This document shows positions 56,981-64,000 of a stretch of DNA of 64,000 bases, in pieces (the first letter of the stretch is position 1; each line of letters opens with the position of its first letter). The stretch comes from Neoechinorhynchus agilis (lineage: Eukaryota; Animalia; Acanthocephala), in contig CM121343.1 in the NCBI GenBank assembly GCA_051530055.1, forward strand, positions 5,798,389 through 5,862,388, written 5' to 3'. The translations under genes and the position numbers were made by a program. Under the pieces are notes generated by a model, which had not been told where the DNA came from, searched no databases, and was given only the letters and a program-made list of their open reading frames with translations.

Positions 56981-58717
56981 ATGAAGATGGTGAGTACTTT
57001 TGAAGATATTGGTTACGATAATGATATCCATGTTGTGCTATGGCCAGAACTGGATCAGAAATTACATAATTCCACTCACGAATTCATTAGAACGGCTGTA
57101 AAGCGCCCGATGTATTGTCGACATTGCAAAACTTTAATGTGGAATCTCCGTCGTTGTTATTACCGTTGTTCAAAATGTAAAATGTGCGTTCATGAGAAAT
57201 GCATTGATTTATTTAATTCTACCCACAGTAACCGTTCATGTATTTCTAAAGTAGGCGCAGTTTCACGTTGCAGCACAATAGCAAAGTTCAATTCGAGTCG
57301 TAATTTGAATGCTAGGATACAATCGGACAGTGGCCGTAATTATAGAAGTTATACTGAGCGAGGATATAATCGAAACGAGAAGATTCACAGCGAGCCTGCT
57401 TTTGAACAACCTAATAAGGGTCTTCTTTTTCTTGAGCATGGGTTGAAAAACATTAAACTGAACGAGAATGAATGTTCTGGCACCTATATATATGTCGATG
57501 GTTTCACGAGTAGGCAAGTCGATTTTGCGTTAATTGCACCGACGGCCGAGTTGAAATTGATTTTTGAAAATGGTCAACAAATATGCATTCCTGAACAATC
57601 ACAGGCTGAAGTGAACAAGGTTTCTAGAACATGGCGAACGATCGGTATTCCAAATCTGGCGACTCCAAATGATATAGATTTTATTTGTCAGACAATTAGA
57701 GCTGGACTAGAGAACTTAAAGTTTAAAAGAGGGATCAAAAGCTCGTTTCGGCTCACAGAAAAACATCCAAATCATGATTTTGATGATATTTTTGAGGTCG
57801 ACACCAAAAACCTGCTGGGAGCAGGGCGTTTTGGTAAGGTGTATTGCGGACATAACCGAGAAACAAAACAAGCAGTGGCTATTAAAATTATTCACGCAAC
57901 AAAAGCGTCGGATCAGCTTAGTTCCGCCGACCATGAAGCCGATCTTTTGTTTGATTTAAAGTATCCAGGGGTATTAAAATGCGAGGGCATATTCTATAGG
58001 TCTGATTCTGTCATAATCGTCACGGAAAAAATGGACTACGATATGCTATTCTATATATTACGCTCGGAGAACCCGAAGGGTAGATTGGCGGAGGATATTA
58101 CCAAGTATTTCTGTTTTCAGTTATCTTCAGCGATCCGTTACCTTCATTCAAAGGATATTGCACATTGTGATTTAAAACCAGAAAATGTTCTTTTAAAGAT
58201 TTACCCCGAAGATGTTATCCAAACAAAAATTGCAGATTTTGGACATGCTAAGATTATACGGGATGGATCTGTGAGACACACCCTTGTTGGAACTCTTGCA
58301 TATTTAGCCCCAGAAGCATTCAATAGCGATTTAAGAAAGCATCATGGATACAATCGGTCGTTGGATATATGGTCATTTGGAGTGATTGCTTACGTTAGTC
58401 TATGTGGATATTTTCCATACCGGGAGGATATTGATCTAGTTCAGCAAGTGATTGCAAATGATAATATATTTGCAAGCAAGGTATGGGATGAGATATCGCC
58501 GGCTGCGAAGGGTTACATTAGTGAGAAATTATTGGTTCCCGATGCGGGGCGTCGGACAAATTCACAATCGCTTATATACCATGAGTGGTTCACTAAGGAT
58601 AAAGCGCTTTTACGGTCGCTTAAGATTCTTGAAGAAAAAGTTGGGATGCAATGGTTGACTGACGAGTTTCAGGAAAGCCCAGCAGAAACTAGTGATAGCG
58701 AATGCGACACTGAGTGA
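56981..58717 (+). CDS. PRKD: Protein kinase D family kinase, intronless, single C1 domain
   Basis: C1 domain HEF..YCRHC..YRCSKCKMCVHEKC; LGAGRFGKVY, VAIK, HCDLKPENVLL, DFG, GSVRHTLVGTLAYLAPE, GYNRSLDIWS, LEEKVGMQWLT. Confidence 0.93.
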   Translation: MKMVSTFEDIGYDNDIHVVLWPELDQKLHNSTHEFIRTAVKRPMYCRHCKTLMWNLRRCYYRCSKCKMCVHEKCIDLFNSTHSNRSCISKVGAVSRCSTIAKFNSSRNLNARIQSDSGRNYRSYTERGYNRNEKIHSEPAFEQPNKGLLFLEHGLKNIKLNENECSGTYIYVDGFTSRQVDFALIAPTAELKLIFENGQQICIPEQSQAEVNKVSRTWRTIGIPNLATPNDIDFICQTIRAGLENLKFKRGIKSSFRLTEKHPNHDFDDIFEVDTKNLLGAGRFGKVYCGHNRETKQAVAIKIIHATKASDQLSSADHEADLLFDLKYPGVLKCEGIFYRSDSVIIVTEKMDYDMLFYILRSENPKGRLAEDITKYFCFQLSSAIRYLHSKDIAHCDLKPENVLLKIYPEDVIQTKIADFGHAKIIRDGSVRHTLVGTLAYLAPEAFNSDLRKHHGYNRSLDIWSFGVIAYVSLCGYFPYREDIDLVQQVIANDNIFASKVWDEISPAAKGYISEKLLVPDAGRRTNSQSLIYHEWFTKDKALLRSLKILEEKVGMQWLTDEFQESPAETSDSECDTE

Positions 58718-59170
58718 TCTATATACATAGACGAAGAGAGAGTGATATTTGTTCGTTCCAGTAAACCATCACATCAATCGACTGTTCAATAAAGCTCCCC
58801 GGGGAAGTTCCTAGTCCAGTACATAATTGACAGATCCAATGTTTGCTTTGGAATAAGGTTGTGAATCTGCTGTGATTTTTCGTTGCTCGCATAAACAACT
58901 ATGAGTATAAAGCCAAGCATTGTGCGCTAGAGAAAGTATTCTTCAGACTTGGCATCGCATTCCGCGATTTGCGTATGTATCATTGTGATATTTATATGAG
59001 CTAAAAATCGTTCATCGGATCCCTCACCAACTACTACACAGCAGTCTCAACTCTTTGGTGGTGATCTAGTCCGTGGATGCATTTAGATTGAAAATCCGGT
59101 ATTTTTCCATAGTTGACGACACCAACGTTTTCTCCCTTATGATCTCGGCATCTTGTAACCCTTCATTCTT

Positions 59171-59936
59171 TTGCAGGGCGACACATTGGCTCCTTTCCTC
59201 TTCACCTTGGTGCTTAATTGGGTAATGAGATGGGCACTACCGAATGATGAAGATGGACTTCTTCTGTTGAGGAAAAGAGGTCGTAGGTATCCTGAGATAC
59301 GCGCCTCCTACATGGCATATGCCGACGACATCGTATTGATGTCCTCAACAGTCGAAGGGGCTCAACGCATGCTAAATAGACTGTGCGAGAGGGCGAACTC
59401 GAAAAAGACGGAATTCTTGACGATTCCGCATGTCGCGCATACAGTCTCTGGCGAAGGGCCGAATGGCGTTGGGCAATTGAAACAGATAGAGCGGTATGTC
59501 TATCTGAGAGCTGTCGTTCCTGAGGTGAGTGCGGATGTCAGCCGGCGGAGAGCTATAGCTTGGAGAGCAATGGGGCAACTTAAGCCACTGTTTGACAGTG
59601 AGTCTTTGCCAGATGAACCCCGTTCGCAGCTGTTCAGGACTCTAATTGAGAGCATTCTTTACTACAATGCAGAGACCTGGACACTGTCTCCAACGGCGAC
59701 GGGGCAGTTGGACCAAAATCATTCATCTCTCTTACGTGCGGCGTTCAAGGTCAGATGGTCAGATAAAGTCAAAAACAAAGCACTGTATAAGAGAGCCGGA
59801 GTCTAATTTGCGCCGCAGACGACTGCAGTTCACGGGCAATATAATTCGGTCCGAGGCATCTTGCCCACAGGTCGTCCAACAGTTCCTTTTCTGGAAGCCA
59901 ACGACATTGTATCGTAAAGGCCATACGATGACCTGA
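59171..59936 (+). mobile_element. Non-LTR retrotransposon RT fragment (RTE/RTEX-like), 5'-truncated
   Basis: QGDTLAPFLFTLVLNWVMR, RGRRYPE, YADDIVLMS, LFRTLIESILYYNAETW, RRRRLQFTG. Confidence 0.85.
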
Positions 59937-60049
59937 TTTTAAGAGACGCGAATTGCCCGCGTAACAGGACTGCTGTCATGTATTTTAGATCCCTTGCGGA
60001 GTCTAATTCTATTTGACGGGCTTATACCTACCGTGCAACGTAGCAAACT

Positions 60050-60620
60050 ACCGTTGCATACAATACAGCCGATGCGACAAATTGCCTCAAAGTGGCAATG
60101 GAGAACCAGTTAGAGGTTTTGAACCGGATAATTAAAAGTGGATATTGTGGTATAAAAGACTGAACCGTTTTAAAGTTTCGAGAGCATTAGAACTGTTAAA
60201 TGAGGACAATTCGAATATTTTTCGAAATTTGCTTCTCCGTAGATTGTTATTTTAGTAACGAATCCAATAATTCACACAGTCCCCCGATTTCGGTCTGGGA
60301 AGCGCTCTCAATGCCCATGACCGTAAAGTTATAAGTTTGTACATTGAAGAGGTGGTCAAGTGGACTAATGTTCCTGCTGATATGTGCTTTTGTTGGATCA
60401 ACGGGTTCAAAATCCGTAACCGCCGATGACCCAAAGGAGACGAAAAAGCTCGTTGAATGGGGAAAACTCACTGATGAGTCTCGCTTCCTCGGAAAGTATC
60501 TAAGAATCCGGAGGGATGCATACAAACTTATATACCGTAGGGTCTTGGACATCGAGCGCAGACCAGAGCTTCCCAGACCGAAATCGTTGGACTGTGTGTG
60601 TCCATAATTCAGCCGCCGCG
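60050..60620 (+). mobile_element. 3' fragment of the L1/Tx1-like family
   Basis: 60400-60620 is homologous to the reverse complement of 45100-45290. Confidence 0.6.
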
Positions 60621-60645
60621 TCATTTGCATCAAAAAATAGCCATC

Positions 60646-60740
60646 TTATACTTATTGATAAAAACATAACCGGCTGAGCTATGCATAAATATTATACTTA
60701 TTGATAAAAACATAACCGGCTGAGCTACGCATAAATATGT
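60646..60740. repeat. Two-copy tandem repeat, ~47 bp unit
   Basis: TTATACTTATTGATAAAAACATAACCGGCTGAGCTAYGCATAAATAT occurs twice. Confidence 0.9.
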
Positions 60741-60945
60741 AAAAACCGATGATTCACCAATGCCAATCTAAAAATTCGATAAACTTTACGCACAATAAAG
60801 AAAAAAGTGATCTTTAAAAAGTAAGACATTTACGGGAAAATAAATACCGCTCTTATTTTTCTTAAATCAAACAACTGATTCAATTGTTTATATTTTTTAT
60901 ATAAGTCGTATTTATTTTAGCGCTCACTCGCAAACTTATATATTC

Positions 60946-62100
60946 CTAACCGTCCTCGTCCTCAATTGTCGCCCGAATGCTTGCAGTGTTGCCCCTCAAC
61001 ACGGCGATGCTGATATTTTGAACCAGGTATTGACCTGATCTTGCATCGGCGGTTGTAACCTGAAGGCGTCGCTTCAGGTCCTTCAGAAGTTGATGAGCCT
61101 CGTAACCAAGAGACCCGTAGGTCTCAACCCCAAAAGGTGCAAACACATGGGCCCGGGCTAAATCGAGGTATTTTGTCGTTTTCCGTCCTTCCGAAGCGCT
61201 CGCTGCACCTGCAACTTGAACCACCGAGAACTTGAGATTGCTGGCCGCGAGTGTATCGACACAAGTGGCGTCCCAGAGGAGGCATTCACCTTCCCGCCAC
61301 GGAAATACGGTCACCCCATCAGGTCTAAGCCCGTCGTCCCTACAGAGGTTGGCAGGTTCCAAAATATTGGGGTATTTACCGCGTAACAAGTGCCCGGCTC
61401 AGCGCTATGTTAATTTCGGCATGTCTTGCGAATCTGCCGGCTGATTTTCTACAGATGAGACCATGGCGTCCCGACGAATCCACATTTGCACCGCAGCGGC
61501 AACGGTGGGGATGACACATCGGTAGTCCCAGTCTCATTGAAACTCCGACCCGTACAAACCGTGGATTCTCTAGTGGAGACTGCCAACAACCTGGCACGGA
61601 CAATGTCGTCGCTTGAGTCTGATAAGAGAGAGAGCTTTGAACTCTTGCGACGAGAGGTCGATCCCACACAGATTGTTTTTGGTCATTCACAGGTACTTGA
61701 TCGGAGTTGGTCAGTTTACACCACTCACTGATTCCCAAGATGATAAGTAGATTTTAAAATGCGCTGAACTGCGCTTCCCTGATAGGAGCCTAAAATGCGG
61801 GCAGGGATATGTCTGCAGTTTTTCGGATGCCTAACCCGTCAGAAGATACAGGCAAGCATGCTTGTCGCCATGCCTCTTCTGACAGCTGGACATTTAAAAC
61901 TTGCTCGAGACAGTCCTTCAATCCGTCATCTCGCTTGCCAAGCTGAACCTTGTGATTGAAAAACCGCGCAGTACGTAGAGCATAAAGGAACTTGGGAATG
62001 AAGAGGATATTCTTGATCAAGAACAGAACCTCGTGTGATCCAAGCCCAAAGGCCAAGTCCACGTACTCGCATGATTTAATTTCTAAAAAGCTGGCCATGT
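60946..62100 (-). mobile_element. CRE-clade non-LTR retrotransposon, 5'-truncated and frameshifted
   Basis: FLIKNILFIPKFLYALR, AWRQACLPVSSDGLGIR, CHPHRCRCG..HGLIC..RFARHAEIN, DGLRPDG, LLWDATCVDTLAASN, ISIAVLRGN. Confidence 0.92.
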
Positions 62101-62301
62101 TTCTTCCGTTATTGTCACTTCAGATGACGTCACACCACGCTGAATAGTGATTCGCGTTCTAAGGACTACATCAGAGAGACGGAATTTTTCACAAGAAAGT
62201 TATTTCCTCGTCGAGTTGCGATCCGGATGAATCCCGGAAAGCAACGCATCTGATACTATTCTCGTGAATCATCCACTTATTAAATTGATTCGAGCGCGAT
62301 C

Positions 62302-63575
62302 ATGGCATCGCGATTGGTTACGTCGCTATCGAACTGCATCTACCAAAACCTAGCCGTTGAGAGTTATCTATTCCAGAAATGCCAAAACTCGAAGCTGCCG
62401 CTGACGTTCTTATACTTATATAGAAATCAACCTTGCGTCGTGATGGGTAGAAACCAAAACCCTTGGCTTGAATGTAACCTCAAATACGCATGAAAGCCAC
62501 GCCGACGACCTTGCAGGTAGTATTTTACGTATGCACGTCAAGGAAATCGCTTCTTTTTTAAAAGAAATTCCAGCTTCTGACGTGATATGGAACTCGAAAA
62601 AGAAATCTTCAAAGCAGAGCTCTAAAATACGAGTCGCTTAGTCTAGGATAAAGCCCCATTTCTCTTATGTCTAAGTGCTGTGAGCATCCTTTACTCGGCT
62701 TTTTCCTTTAGAGTAGCGCATAAAATCACACTTAATAACATGATTCTCGGATACCTCCTCCAGGGGAAGCGATAGCCCTCAGAGAGTTTCCTCCTTCTTT
62801 ATCGGCCATAATGTGTCGTCGCCGTGGTTCTGTGTACGCCGAGCAGCGTAGAATCAAGCTCAGTAGAAGAATGTCAGGCGGTGGATCAGTATACCACGAT
62901 ATGGGCAACGCTAACATTAGTATAATATCGAACCTCATTGGCTACGAACGAGAGGATTACTCGACCGCAATAAAAGATGGTCTAAATGAACACTTAGGGA
63001 TATCGATTGTACTTACAAGGGATCATGATATGTGCTTGGAAACTGGTGGTAGCAGTAAAGGAGAACTGTCCAAGATTTCTGGATCAGCTGCTAGGAAACG
63101 AGGAAACACAATGCTCCATCATTGTACACTACTGCTCAATGTTGACCTAGTCACACTAAAGAACGTCCTCTGTCCTGAGGACAATTTGGGTATTAAATCC
63201 AGTGGTATTGAAAGTCGCCGTGCTCCACTTGTAGCGAATGTGTCGAGCCACGTCAATGGTGCTACTTGGCTCAATTTATTTGAAAAAGGAATTAAATCGA
63301 TATGGAAACATCTTCCCGGTCTAGGGTATACGACGTGTCCCGCATCGTCTTTTATATATCCAAGACATCATGCTGAATTGATCCGTGAAATTGATCGGCA
63401 CTCTTCGTGGGATCACGTGTACGGTTCTACTCCTAAGTTTAGCGTTACACTTAGTTCTGGTGAGGTTTTGAATGTGGAGAAAGGCATTGTAGTGACTGCA
63501 GGTTCTCCCTATCATGGCAAGCGCTACGGAGATTCGGTTATGATGCCCGGAAATAAAAAAGCTATAGTTTCTTAG
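62302..63575 (+). CDS. LIPT1: Lipoyltransferase (LIPT1/LplA family), reading frame broken by an insertion at 62489-62834; possibly a disrupted allele
   Basis: YQNLAVE, YRNQPCVVMGRNQNPWLECN, RRMSGGGSVYHDMGN, KISGSA, HHCTLL; removing the insert gives ECNLKYAEQRRIKLSRR in frame. Confidence 0.9.
62489..62834. mobile_element. MITE-like non-autonomous element with imperfect ~20 bp TIRs and a 4-5 bp TSD
   Basis: Left end CATGAAAGCCACGCCGACGAC; right end (reverse complement) CACAGAACCACGGCGACGAC; TACG(C) at 62485 and 62835. Confidence 0.85.
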
Positions 63576-63601
63576 TGGCTGTGTGAGTTGGAAGTTCAAA
63601 A

Positions 63602-64000
63602 TCAAGCTCTATTGAGTAAAGATAGATTCGTATCAACATTCCACTCGCTTTCAGGATTCACGTTGAACACAGAAAATAAAGCCCGTAGCATATAGTTCAT
63701 TGTTCCGTACCGTCCACTCGGTGCACAGTCATAGAAAGCGTGAGCAATCAAGGCAGCACTACTTGGTGCGATACTGGCGGGAGACGACAAATGGGCGTAA
63801 AGCAAATCCTCGTCCGCACCAGCATTTTTTTCGTCCTCGCAGAATATCGCATTCGCTTGGTGCACAACAGCATCGAGATCAACGATTCCATTGTAGAAGA
63901 ATCGAGTATTACTTAGCAAGAGCAGACATGTCATCACGATCGCTTCTACTATCAGTTGGCGGTAGTGCGCTATTGGAATTTGGTTAATCGCGTTCTCAAT
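63602..64000 (-). CDS. PHKA: Phosphorylase kinase regulatory subunit alpha, 3' end only (gene continues past the window)
   Basis: IENAINQIP..YRQLIVEAI..VHQANAIF..FYDCAPSGRYGTMNYM matches the PHKA C-terminal YDSAPSGRFGTMTYL region. Confidence 0.85.
   Translation of the reverse strand: MENAINQIPIAHYRQLIVEAIVMTCLLLLSNTRFFYNGIVDLDAVVHQANAIFCEDEKNAGADEDLLYAHLSSPASIAPSSAALIAHAFYDCAPSGRYGTMNYMLRALFSVFNVNPESEWNVDTNLSLLNRA

Overview
Eukaryotic DNA from a gene-dense, fast-evolving animal genome (L-type Ca channel, MRTF, TRIC, PKD; most introns ~20-55 nt). The exact taxon cannot be fixed from this window. Host genes: MSH2 (5' end unresolved), a BAH-domain protein, an eIF3f/CSN6-like MPN protein, RBBP4/7-like, MRTF/myocardin, TMEM38, EMC6, MND1, an orphan secreted Cys-rich protein, an ~8 kb Cav1 alpha1 gene, an intronless protein kinase D, lipoyltransferase LIPT1 interrupted by a MITE-like insert, and the 3' end of phosphorylase kinase alpha. 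Retroelement debris fills much of the remainder: several CRE-like copies, L1/Tx1-like, RTE-like, Penelope-like (PLE) and Gypsy elements. Most notable: (i) ORF-less fold-back hairpins built around PLE-type minimal hammerhead motifs, one structurally intact with a U3-A8 covariation; (ii) a Gypsy element whose PBS position is complementary to its own LTR (self-priming signature), inserted in a PLE GIY-YIG domain and itself carrying a solo LTR and a tRNA-headed SINE; (iii) a TSD-flanked inverted copy of a neighbouring gene's 3' end; (iv) a Cav1 with substituted dihydropyridine-site residues. All alignments and exon boundaries were judged by eye, so multi-exon gene coordinates are approximate.
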